A stretch of 64,000 nt of DNA. It comes from Octopus vulgaris. Its lineage: Eukaryota. Of the stretch, positions 39,000-51,723 are shown piece by piece. The notes under the pieces were generated by a model. It saw only the letters and a program-made list of their open reading frames with translations. It was not told the DNA's origin and ran no database searches. The DNA lies in contig OX597820.1 in assembly GCA_951406725.2 (NCBI GenBank), forward strand, positions 22,692,001 to 22,756,000. The letters run 5' to 3'. The translations under genes were made by a program, and so were the position numbers. Position 1 is the first letter of the stretch. Every line of letters starts with the position of its first letter.

Positions 39000-40444
39000 T
39001 TATAAATAATTATTATCATTATAAACAACATCATCAGCTACAAACGAGCATCTCTCTTCATCAGTTGTCAGTTTTTCATTACAAGGTCTGAAGTTCATTG
39101 GACTGACACCAAATTTTCCTTGCAGCTTTCTCTATTTTACTAAAACCTTTTCTGAAATTCTTGATTATTTTCATAATTAATTTAAGGACATAGCCAGTAT
39201 ATTCTATTGAAAAATATGAACTCAGTGTATGACAAAGCTGTACCTTTGAATTACAGGTGCAATCCATCAGAGGGGCTTCTATAATTTCCATTTACTCAAT
39301 TTCAGTCACAAGATGTGAGTCGACTCGAGGTTATAGAAAAATGAAACTGGCCCAAGTGATCAAGCTGTGGGATTGAACCCAGAATCTCATGGTTGCCAAG
39401 TGAAGAACATAACCATTTAGTCATACTGCACAGGAAACCATCTTTTAAGTCATTAAGCTGTGATGGAAAACAAAAAAAAGCCACCAGTGACCATAATAGT
39501 AAATCTAGCTTTCACCAATATTCACGAAGCTTTTTGTTTCTTGTGTTAATTTTCTTTTTAAGGAAATTACTTTGCTCATTATTGGACAGAAGAGAAAATA
39601 TTCTTCTGTTGATGAGTTAAGGTATTATAGTCACTTATGAAATACTGGACAAATGCCAAAGCACTGTCTTAAAATATATCTTAAGCTCATTATTATTATT
39701 ACTACAATCTTCACTGAAATGTTTAGTGAAGTTGAGCTAAACTGTTAATCCCTTAACAATGGATGTATTTTCTTATTTTCTTTTTTAATTCTTGTCTGAT
39801 ATTTGTGATGAAAGTTTGTCAAAACAAATCACCTTTCAATTACTTAAGAGGCAAAAAAGACAATGAAAAAAGATGTCTGTTTAAGCATCAAGATGGCAGT
39901 TAGCCAATATGTTGTATTGCATAGCTTAAACTAATGGTGGCGGTGATAGGGGAGAGGACCTTGACTATCAGCCATCATCACATAAGGTCAAAAGAAATCT
40001 CTTCTCTGAGACATACCTCTAACTATTCTCATTTTTTTTTTTCGGTTTTAGCAAGTGCTATCAAATCACAATGCTCAGGTTTTAAGTGACAGATTTGAAA
40101 AGTCATGAACACCACTAGCAAACTTGGTGGTGCTGGTGCCGTGTAAAAAGCATCCAGTTCATTCTATAAAGTGGTTGGCATTAGGAAGGGCATCTAGCTG
40201 TAAAAACTATACCAAACAAATCTCACCTGGGCTGGTGCCATGTAAAAAGCATCAAGGTGTAAAAACCATGCCAAAACAGACAGTGGAGCTTGGTGTAGTT
40301 CTCTGACTTGCAAGTTCCTGTCAAACTATCCAACCCATGCCAGAATGGAAGAGAGACATTAAATGAAGATAGAGTTTCATAGCAGAGCAATTTTGAGGAA
40401 TGCCAGGGTAAAACAATTTCCTAATTCAGCTGATGCATTTGAAT

Positions 40445-40445
40445 A

Positions 40446-40477
<32 letters not shown>

Positions 40478-40910
40478 GATTTCAAATTTTGGCACAAGGC
40501 CAGCATTCACTGGTGCTTAAGTTTTTGACCCTGAAAGGATGAAAGGCAAAGTCGACCTTGGCGAATTGGAACTGGAGCATAAGGACGGATGAAATGCTGC
40601 TAAGCATTTTGCATAGCATGCCAATGATTCTGCTGCCTTAATAGTAATAATAATGGTTTCAAATTTTGCCACAAGGGCAGCCATTTTGCAGGAGGGGATG
40701 AGTTGATTACATTGATCCCACTGTTGAACTGGTACTTATTTTATCGACCCTGAAAGGATGAAAGGCAAAGTCGACCTCAGTGGAATTTCAACTCGGATCA
40801 GAGCAACAGGTGAAATACTACTAAGCATTTTGTCTAGTGTGCTAACAATTCTGCCAGCTTGCCTTAATAATAATAATAATAAGAAGAAGAATGATAATGA
40901 TAATAATAAT
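40445..40910 (-). mobile_element. Two tandem SINE family B copies in (AAT)n
   Basis: Same motifs as the other family B copies. Confidence 0.85.
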
Positions 40911-41820
40911 AGGTAAAGCCAATAGTCTTTAAATGTTTCTAAAGTTCGTCCAAGTTTTATTAATGTGTAAGTGCATCTTTTGTTATTCCAATTAGAGCTA
41001 AACTAACGAGTCTGTTAATCAGAGAAAACCCAAACTGAAATAGTAATTGCCAATATTCACACATATCCAGACATAAACAAAATGAAATGCAAGTTCAGAC
41101 AAAAAAAAAAAATAATTATGACTTGTGTTATGTTATAAAGATGTAAACCAGTGCTAAATTCACTCACAATGCTAAAATAAACAAAAAGAAAATTTTAGAA
41201 AAGAGAATTGTATTTACTTCTGTTAGACAAAATAATTATAACCAAATAATAATAATTTTTTTCTGTGTCCACACCTAGTCTTTGAGTCAGAAATAAAACA
41301 AATATAAATCACAAAAAAATATAAAACAATATAAACATGAATTAAAAACTGTAAAAATTAGTTAATGTTTACTGAAAAAGAATTTTAAAAAATACTCCTC
41401 AAAAAAAAAAAATTCCCCAAAAAATCCCCAGAAATTTCTTGAAGTAAAATGATTAGTTGAGTAAACAAAAAAAAAAAATTCATATGCACTTTTTGTTTCT
41501 TGAAAGTATATATTTTGCTGCAAGGCTCCATGCATTAAGATGGCTATAAAAAACTTTAGAAAATGGTGGGAAGGAGGGAGGGAGGGAGGTAAATATAATC
41601 GTTCACTACTGACATATGTAGATTTATTAGTTGATATCTAAGGGAAAAACATCTTCAAATTTACAATGCTTCATCATCACCATTGCACATTCTGACAATA
41701 GTCCAGTACCAGAATAAAGGAGACTGGCAATAAATCAGGTGAACCAGTAGGTAACTAAGGGAAGAAATAAGAATCGATAATAAATTTTTTTAAGAAAAAA
41801 AAAAAATGGAAATTATTTAA

Positions 41821-42048
41821 CCCTTTAGCATTCAGATTACTCTGTCAAAAGTAATGTTTATTTATTCACATTGTTTTGAAGTAATCATGCATTATTTATT
41901 TAATGGCTTCAAGATTCCAACGATGTGGTTGTTCATTTTTAAAATGACATTGTAGGGTAGGTGTGAGAGGGAGGTCTGAACCGGTCAGCTTGAACATAAA
42001 ACAGGTAGAATATCTGGGCCTGATATGTCTGGCTTGAATACTAAAGGG
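41821..42048. mobile_element. piggyBac-type MITE, family 1
   Basis: TTAA TSDs, CCCTTTAG termini, homologous to 4158-4415. Confidence 0.85.
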
Positions 42049-42283
42049 TTAAAAAAATATTAAAAAAAAAAAAACGTCAAATAAGGAACACTGTAAATAT
42101 AAAAAGAGAGATGGCTGCCGTATGACATGTTGTCAAATTGAAGTGGTTATTATTATTGTATTACTGCATCATGGTAATTAAAATGAAGGGATATATTACA
42201 CAAGCCAAGATGCAAGGTAAGTGAGTGGGAGAATGAGAGATGAAGAGGGAAGAGAAGTTTCTAGTGATGTGGGCAGTAATTAC

Positions 42284-42373
42284 CTGTGATGCAGAGGAGT
42301 CGGTCCCTGTAGCTAGCTGTGGACTAGAGGACGAGTAGGTGTGCATATGTGCTGCAGACATACCTGCAGGTGC
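42284..42373 (-). CDS. PPFIA1: Liprin-alpha linker exon, possibly alternative: APAGMSAAHMHTYSSSSPQLATGTDSSASQ
   Basis: Strong acceptor ttctttcatttcag and donor CAG|gtaatt. 90 nt, phase 0-0, open in the frame required between the flanking exons. GC-rich island with Ser/Ala-rich linker composition. Confidence 0.8.
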
Positions 42374-42520
42374 CTGAAATGAAAGAACAGATATGCAAAT
42401 TGTATGCCATTCTGGCCAACATGCTAACTTTGAAGACAGAGAAGTGGGTCAAAGCAGTGAAGGAAAGAATATATGTGTGTGTGTGAATGTATGTATGTGT
42501 GTATATATATGTATATATTC

Positions 42521-42916
42521 TTCTTTTACTTGTTTCAATCATTTGACTGCGGCCATGCTGGAGCACCGCCTTTAGTTGAACAAATCGACCCCGGGACTTA
42601 TTCTTTGTAAGCCCAGTACTTATTCTATCGGTCTCTTTTGCCGAACCGCTAAGTGACGGGGACGTAAACACACCAGCAATGGTTGTCAAGCAATGCTAGG
42701 GGGACAAACACAGACATATACACACACACACATATATATATATACATATATACGACAGGCTTCTTTCAGTTTCCGCCTACAAAATCCACTCACAAGGCAT
42801 TGGTCGGCCTGGGGCTATAGCAGAAGACACTTGCCCAAGATGCTACACAGTGGGACTGAACCCAGAACCATGTGGTTGGTAAGCAAGCTACTTACCACAC
42901 AGCCACTCCTGCGCCT
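42521..42916 (-). mobile_element. SINE family A, near-consensus copy about 150 nt upstream of the 90-nt exon
   Basis: Full-length match to the other copies. Confidence 0.88.
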
Positions 42917-44472
42917 ATATATATATATTATGTATGTGCAGATCTAGATCCTTAAAGGACTTGAAGAATTAAGAAGCATAACTTTTTGATGATGTGACAA
43001 AATGTCTCTGTGTATGTGGAATATTTTCTATATGAATTTTTTTTGTGTTGCTGATTACTGGTTAGATATTGCACATTGTTTATGAGGCAATAGCAGGAAA
43101 GGCCAATAAACACTGCAATTAACATCAAAGGCTGGTTCAATCAGCTATATACCAGCTCCTTAAAACAAGTGAACATTATCATTATGTCTTAAGTACCCCA
43201 AACACCCATCACAGCAACAAAAAATGCTGATTAAAAGATTGGAAATTATTACATGTTTCACATACATTAAAGGTGTATGCATGTATCTCTCTCAAATTCT
43301 AATGGTAAAAAATCCAACTTCCCTCTCTCTCATATATATATATATATATTATATATATATATATATATATATCAAGAGGATCAAAGGTCCTTCTCGGGTC
43401 ATAGCTTGTTTCCCAGATTCTGTGGTGTATAAATTACTCTACTGGAGAAGATGCTGGTCCATTTCAGGATAACTCATTTTTGCCAGCTGAGCAGGCTGGA
43501 GCAACATGAAATAAAGTGTTTTGCCTGAGAAACAGTGCATTGCCCAGTCCAGAATTGAAACCACAAACTTACAATCATGAATGTAACACCCTAGACACCA
43601 GGCTACATTCCTCCACAAACACACACATATATGGATGGGTCTCCATTGTTCACTGATGAGAGCTCAGTTGTCCAATCAACTGAAATAGCATGTAAGTGGT
43701 TGAGTACTCCACAGATACATGTACCCTTAATGTAATTCAGAATCAGCAAGGTACAGGGTGTGACATAGCTCTACCTTTTGAATTACAGGTTCAATCCAGC
43801 TGATGAGCTTCTGTAGTTTCTGTTTCCTCAATTTATCTCTCAAGGTAATAGGTTGATCTGAGACTCTAGAAAATGACATTTGCCCCAGACACCACTCAGA
43901 GGCAAACTTAAGCATTTAACCATACCACACACGCGCACGCACACACACACTATTGTTGACTGTAGCTAGAGAGCTGTGGTCAAGCTGGTAACATCGTCAA
44001 GAAATTAAATTTCTATTTACATTTTTATCAAATATGACTAGCAAAAGATTTCATCTGAAATTGTTTGAAACTGTGAGATTTTTTTTTTTTTATGTAAAGG
44101 GTGTGTGGCTTAGTGGTTAGGGTATGAGACTCATAATCGTATGGTTGTGAGTTCTATTCTCAGTGATGCATTGCATCCTTGAGAAAGACACTATTTCACA
44201 TTTCTTCAGTTGACTCAACTGACAAAAATGAGCTGTACCAGTAACTCAAAGGGCCAGCCATGTCACATTGAATCTCCTTGAGAACTATGTTAAGGTTACA
44301 TGTGTCTGTGGAGTGCTCAGCCACTTCCACACTAATTTCACAAGGAGGCTGTTCCTTTGACTAGATCAACAAGAACTCTCGTTATCATAACCAACAGAAT
44401 GCCAGTTATATTTTAAGTAAAACTATATTCAAGTCCATCATGATCCTTAAGACTCTTAAGGTTGGAGATTAA

Positions 44473-44674
44473 CCCTTTCGTTACCAACCCAGCTCTGAGT
44501 ACAAATGTCGTTTTCGTAAGTTTTGAATTAAAATCTTCCACCAAACCTTAGTCACAATCTATGTTCCTAACACTAGCTGAATGATAACTAAGTTATTTTA
44601 CTAAATTCTTTGTTATATTTAAAATAATTGAGAGAAACACAGAGTATCTCAAAATAAATACAGTAACGAAAGGG
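44473..44674. mobile_element. piggyBac-type MITE, family 2, opposite orientation to the 5875 copy
   Basis: Perfect 12-bp TIR CCCTTTCGTTAC with TTAA TSDs. Confidence 0.88.
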
Positions 44675-45492
44675 TTAACTCAGTTTCCTTATTCTATAAG
44701 TGACTGAGATTACAACATTCCCTCCTGGATGGGATACCAGCCTGTCACACGGTTAACTTCCTAGCTACCTCTAGAACTCATTGACAGCCAAGTGGACTGG
44801 AGCAGCATGAAATGAAGTGTTTTACCCAATACAATGCACTGCATGGTCCAGGAATTGAAACCATGATCTTTACAATCTTGAGTGCAAGACCCTAACCACT
44901 AGGCCAAGCACATTCATAAAGCCATATTTACCACATATTAAACACACACAACAGTTTCATCTATCTATTTGCATTCTTCTCTCTGACATATTTTCTTAAG
45001 AGTCTTTTTCTCTTTCTTTTGTGTGCATGAGTGCCGAAGAGGCTTGATTATTTTTTAGCATCTTCGTTTTATTTTTTTTTTTTTTTGCCAAATTACTAAT
45101 GCTCTGATTAATATTCATGTAAATATTAATGTATTATTAAGGTTTCATAAAATTTTTTTATGGACATTTAGCAATAGGCTTGAGGCCTCCACATGAGCTG
45201 CAGTGGCTCATTATGTGGAATGCAATAATTTTAAGAACAGTATCAGAACTGATACTAATATCCTGTGTAGAAGCAATTACACAGGCACCCACAAAATCAA
45301 ATTAGCTAAGTCTCCTCAAACCAGAGCCTACTGTCTTAAGTAACAAAGAATACATTGAAGAATGTACACTCTGATATATATATATATATATATATAAACA
45401 GACAGGATGGACATGACCTGAGGCTCAACAACAATATTTTTTTTTTTTAACTACATCATTCTGCCAATCATCATACACTTCAGAAGCAAGAT

Positions 45493-45511
45493 GAATGAAT
45501 GAATGAATGAA

Positions 45512-45582
<71 letters not shown>
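45493..45582. repeat. Compound (GAAT)n(AT)n(AG)n microsatellite
   Basis: Read directly from the sequence. Confidence 0.95.
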
Positions 45583-47727
45583 CAATGCACATGCAACAGG
45601 TAACGATGTCAAGCAATGCTATTCCACCATTATTGCCGCTGCCACACTATCTATGCAGCAATAATGCAATACCTCTGTTTCAGTACCATATTCAGACGCG
45701 TGTGTATTTTGCACAAGGGCAGAGCCTCATTTAAAATCTATCAAGCTCTATTTGGTACCAAGATTTAATCATGCGAAGTCACTCAAGTGAGATGTACCTA
45801 ACAATTTCTCCAAAGAATCTTAATGTCATCATATATGATGATGATGATATATATATAAAATCAAGGTAATTTTCCAATTTACCATTGATGATGAAGTTAG
45901 CTGGAGAGACAGAGAGTCAGTGATAGTTTTTTAATGTCCCCCTAGACTCTTTTAATATCAAATTTCCATATAATAGTGTTCAAATAGCTGTTGGTAAGTT
46001 GTTAAAAGTGCAGTAGATGTAGATAATAAGAATGTGAGATGGTCCTTCTGAAAGTTGTGCTGCTCTGACATACCGTCTATTAATTAGTTATAAAGCTAAA
46101 TCATTCTTAGATTGTTTAATTAATTTTAATGTATCTATCTCTAAGACAAACACTGGTTTATGTAAACCATTGTCAGTCAGTGCATGCATTTAGTGTGAAT
46201 GTGTATCCATGCATCTCTGTGTATGCTTGTGCACCTAAATAATAGTGGTATATGAGAATGTGATTGATGAAGTACAGTTCAGAATGTTAGCATCATGTTT
46301 GAAATTTTGTATCATTTTTTTTTAGGAAAAAAAATATTCAATTTACATTTTTAAAAAACTGAAAAAGAAAAATCAACAAAACTTTCTCATTCCATCCAGT
46401 ATTACATAGTTAGAGAAGCAAATAGAAATAAGAGTTGTTCCTGAAATGCTTGCAGTTTAGTGTGTATTTGGTGTGAGGATATATGATGTGTGTGTATGGG
46501 CTCAGCATTGGCTGAGCTGTCAAGAAGTTTGCTTAGGTTGAATGTAATTGAGGCATTGTTTAAGTGCTAGAAACCCTTCCCAATACTAATCTTTACTTGT
46601 TTTTCTAGTAAGGTGTCTTTTACTCCATGTGATTTTGAATGCATGAAGTGAACAGGCAATTTATTCTTTTCTACTCTAGGCACAAAGCCCGTAATTTTTG
46701 GAGATGGGGCCAGTTGATTAGATCGATTCCAGTATGCAACTGGTACTTAATTTATTGACCTCAAAAGGATGAAAGGCAAAATCAACCTCAGTGGAATTTG
46801 AACTCAGAATGCAGAGACAGACAAAATACCGCTGATGAACAGGCAACTTACTGACAGACCACAATGCAAGCATTGTGACTTTCAAATAACCAAGTAGCAG
46901 CTGTAAACAAGCACACACACACAAAAGGCTTAATTTTCACATTTCTGACACCAAATCCACTCACAAGTCCTTGGTTGACTCAGAGCTGTAGTAGGCACTT
47001 GCCCAAAGTGTTGTATAGAGGGACAGAAGAACCTGAAAACTACATGGTTGGAAAGCAAGCTTCTTAATCCCAGTCATCATTAACACGTATATTAATAAGG
47101 TGTGTGTGTGTATAATCTTTTCCTCTAAGACTATGATCCATTTTTCTCTGAGAAGTTATTTCATGACTCTGCTGGTATGTGAGGTCAGAGAGAGAGACAG
47201 ACCTGTAACTTTTAGCATTTGCTCTATTTCTTCCTATATAGGCAAGGCACAGTATGTCTACCATCAACTTTTGGAGACATTTTTCACTTGCAAGGAAGCT
47301 GTGGAAAATCTCTAAAGTGGTTTAGCTAAAACCTGTCTACATAATTTTAAGAGAATTGTTGGGAACCCATTAGGGCTTGTTACAAAGTTTAAGCTCCTTT
47401 CATCAATGGCTTATATTGCATCTTTTTTCTTTTATGTCAATAAAATCAATGGGTTTGTGACTTTCTCTATTTATTTGCACATATTCCAACAGGGAAGTGA
47501 AAAGACTTTTTAATTGATTCACTCAGTATTTCACTAATCTTTCTGGGGTCTCTTTGAAAAAAGGGGCCTAGGTAATAATTCCCTAAAGTTGATTTCCTTC
47601 CTTGTAGAAAGCTTTAGGATTTATTTTTATATTTTCATTGATTCAAATTTGCTTCTTTCTTCACTTCATGAGAGTATTTGATATTGTTTTCTATTTCTAC
47701 AAGCATCCTCAATATCATACACTAATG

Positions 47728-48100
47728 CGGCCATGGCTGTGTGGTTAAGAAGCCTGCTTTACAACAATGAGGTTTTGGGATCAGTCCTACTGAGAGGCAC
47801 TTTGAGCAAATGTCTTCTACTATAGCTCTAGACCGACCAATATCTTATGAAGGAATTTGGTAGAATGGAAATTGTGTGGAAGCCCCTTGTATATGTATCT
47901 GTGTGTGTGCTTGTGTTTGCCATCCCTTCCACTGATTGACAGCCAGTGTTAGCTTGTTTACTTCCCTGTAACTTAGCAGGTTGGCAAAAGGGTCTGATAG
48001 AATAAATACAAAACTTAAGAATAAGAGTTGGGATCAATTTGTTCAACTAAAATCCTTCAAGGTGGTGCCCCAGAATGAGTGCAGTCCAATGACTGAAACA
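47728..48100 (+). mobile_element. SINE family A, older copy
   Basis: Head, core and tail motifs present. Confidence 0.78.
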
Positions 48101-48131
48101 ATATATATATATATATATATATATTTGTGAA

Positions 48132-48472
48132 AGTGCATGGCTCAGTGGTTAGAGCATCAAGCTTACAATCATGAGGTTGTGAGCTCGATTCCTTGACCGG
48201 GCTGTGTGTCGTGTTCTTGAGCAAGACACTTTAATTTCACGTTATTCCAAATCACTCAGCTGTAGAAATGAGCTGCGATGTCACTGGTGCCAAGCTGTAT
48301 CGAGGCCCCTTTGCCTTTCCCTAGGATAGCATTGGTGGTATGGAGAGGAGAGGCTGATGTGCATGGGCGACTGTTGGTCTTTCATAAACAACCTTGCCCA
48401 GACTTGTGCCTCAGAAGGGAAACTTTCTAGGTGCAATCCCATGGTCATTCATGATCGAAGGGGGTCTTTACC
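48132..48472 (+). mobile_element. SINE family C
   Basis: Box A/B head; same 3' part as 9262-9603. Confidence 0.82.
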
Positions 48473-48480
48473 CTTATATA

Positions 48481-48642
48481 CTGTATTTTAACATGCATAA
48501 GGAACCATTTCCTGTCAAAAATTAGGTTTAAAAAATATGGGAGTTTCTTAAACATGGATAATATTATAAGCCCTTATAAAACTTTTTTTCCAAATTTTAA
48601 GCCCCCAAAATTAGGGGGTTCCTTATTCACATTAAAATACAG
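48481..48642. mobile_element. Tc1/mariner-pogo-type MITE
   Basis: TA TSD and an imperfect 26-bp TIR CTGTATTTTAA.....ATAAGGAACC. Confidence 0.7.
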
Positions 48643-48887
48643 TATGCGTGTATGCACGCACATACATACATTCTCTGTGTAGGAGCGTACACACACATTA
48701 AATCAAATAACCCCATTTCGTGTTACTCTAGATTAAATAATACTTGCAAGAGAAAGTATTGTACACCTTTATATTCATTATTACATTGTTCTCGTCTCAT
48801 GTTTCAGCAGACAACCAACTAAAAACAAGTAGTATGGTAACACATTGCATGCTGAGACATGCAGTTCAAATCTTATCTACATAGGTA

Positions 48888-49404
48888 CAGGAGTGGCTGT
48901 GTGGTAAGAAGCTTGCTTTCTATCCATACAGTTCCGGGTTCAGCCCCACTGCGTGGCACCTTGGGCAAGTGACTTCTACTATACCTTCGGGCCGACCAAA
49001 GCCTTTTGAGTGGATTTGGTAGATGCAAAACTGTAAGAAGCCTGTCATGTATATATATATATATATATATTGGCCTGCTCGCTTAGCCAGCGGGGTGGCG
49101 TCATTTGAAGGCTAAAGCAATGCGAAGCGCATTGTAACCAGCGATGTGTAGCAACATCTGATAGCCTGGTTGGTCACGGTGATATATATATATGTATATG
49201 TATTTGGGTGTCTGTGTTAGTCCGCCCACCATTGCTTGACAACTGATTTTGGTGTGTTTACGTCCCCGTAACTTAGCAGTTTGGCAAAAGAGACCAATAC
49301 AATAAGTACTAAGCTTACAAAGAATAAGTCCTGGGGTCGATTTGTTCGACTAAAGGCAGTGCTCCAGCATGGCCACAGTCAAGTGACTGAAACAAGTAAA
49401 AGAG
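48888..49404 (+). mobile_element. SINE family A with a 112-bp nested insert in its (TA)n
   Basis: Full SINE interrupted at 49071-49182. Confidence 0.85.
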
Positions 49405-51691
49405 CAAAAAAGTCGATGATAAGTACATTGTTAACTTGGTTTGTCACGATGCAGGGTTTGTCAAAATACATTTTACTTATCACTCCTTATTCCCTCACCA
49501 AATTGGTATGAAGGTTAGTTTTAGTCTTCAGTTCGGTTCACTAAAGTAGAGGAGAAAATTTGCCCTGTTCAAGGTCTGGTATATTTAGAAATTTCACTCA
49601 AATAACACACAGATCACAGAACATATATATAACAACTGAAGTGTAGTTACTTCATTTTATCTGCAATAGTGCAAAGATTCTGCTAAAGTAGGTAGGTGTG
49701 TGTGTGTGTGAGTGCATGCGCATGTGTGTGAGAGAGAAAGAGAGAGCACCCAAAAAATTGCAGCCTACTCTATCCTCAAACAGAACTCAAGTCTGAAGGA
49801 AGCAGCCATTTGTTGATTACCAACCATGGCACAACTAAGATAGCAGGGTTCTTTTTGTTTTTTTTTTTTTTTTTTTTTTTGGTTTTGTTTGCTTTTAGCA
49901 GCAGACTCTTATAATTTATTTGCCTCAGTGACTATGCAAAGTGGATATGAATGGAAAGTGTATATACAGTTTGTATAAAGAAAAGCAAAAGGATGAAGAT
50001 GTACAAAAGAAAGGGAAAAAAAGAGACGGAGGAGAGAAAGAGAGAGAAATGATTAAAAAATATTAAGACAACATTAAGCACCTATTCACACTCAGAAACA
50101 CAACAAACACTCAAAAGAGGAAAGGGACAAAGAATAAATCCATTAAACTGGCATGCTGCTTTACTGAAATAAAGGATGCTATGTAAAGAAAAGGAAATAT
50201 TGAAAGATTGGAAGAACAATATACAGACAACAGGTCTTGAAGCACAGTGGGGGTAATTGGTAAATGACAGAGAAAAAAATAAAAAATAAAAAAAGGAAGG
50301 GGGAAAAAAACTGTTGTGAACCTTTAAAGATAGAAGCAAATAATAAACAAGAAAGGATTTATAAAGCTTCTAGAAGACATCCATTCCAAACCAAAAATCA
50401 AGTAATTAAACATAAATAGAAAGGGGGGGGGGAATAAAAAGCAATTAAAGGAGAGAAAAATATATTAATTAACTAAAATAAATATAATGGAGGATGGAAA
50501 ACTAAAAAATAAAATAAAATAAAAAAATTAATCGGGAGAGAATAAAACGAAAAATAAAAATGGATAAAACAAAATAAATGCAAATTTACAATAATGAAAA
50601 TAAATAGGCATGCTTCTTTGGGGATTTAAATCTAGACAAATTAAAAGGAAATTTAATGGTAAAAAATGAAAAAAAAAATAATAAAAAATAAAGGAAAGAG
50701 CAACAATAATAGCAGATACAAGAGCCATAAAGAAATTTTTTAAAAAAGGGTAGAGAATATAAAAATGTGATGTAATAAGAACAAGAAAAAAAAAACATGT
50801 TTAATTATTAAATAATGACTAGATATAAATCAATGGGCATTTAATTTTTTTCCATAGATGTTTTAATCTTTAACTAGAAGAAATCGTTAAAGAAATAAGT
50901 AAAAAGAAAAAAAAAATTATAGCTATCAAATACATTTATTATATATGTGTAACCCACACTGTTGTCTTATATATACATATATCTATCTATCTCTCTATAT
51001 ATATAAGTATATATACATACACACATGTATGTATGCATGCCAATATAGAATGTCTAGTTAGGAAGCCATTGATAATGTAATCGAGCTAGTTTCTTAAAGT
51101 AAATGTGGTGAAGGGCCCTCAAAAGATGGATAAATTAATTCTCATGACACAATTCCGAAATTGCTTAAGGGATCTTTCATATCAGGGTGGAGGGGAGAGA
51201 AGGAGGAAGTAATTTAGCTCTATCTCTAATGAAATTATGTAAATTCCTAACGTATAAAAAACTAAAGTAAATTTCAACCCATTTATGTTTCTAAAACTAA
51301 CATCAAACATGTGCATACCATACACACACACACATGCATACACCTATATGTGTGTGCATGTCTATGGATGACCATTTGTGCAAAAATGGTGACATTATAT
51401 CAGCATTCTCTGTTAACAAATGGCCTTGTGGTTCTCTACTTTCAGAAACGTGTGCAAATATAGAAAACCCTTTCCTTGGGAAACAGGGAACGGTTAGTGA
51501 CAGGAAGGGCACCTGACTGTAAATTAATGCTTCATAAATCAGTATTCATCAAACTTATGCTAGTTTGTAAAAGAGATGCAAAAATTAACAGCAGATATAA
51601 TATACACACACATATATATATATATATGTAGTGAATAAGTCATGTGTATGTTTAGTGAATACACATTTCAACTTTGTGGCCTTATGGTGTG

Positions 51692-51723
51692 AATAGCACC
51701 TGTGGTTAACCACAGGTGCTATT
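51692..51723. repeat. Perfect 32-bp palindrome
   Basis: AATAGCACCTGTGGTT|AACCACAGGTGCTATT. Confidence 0.95.
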
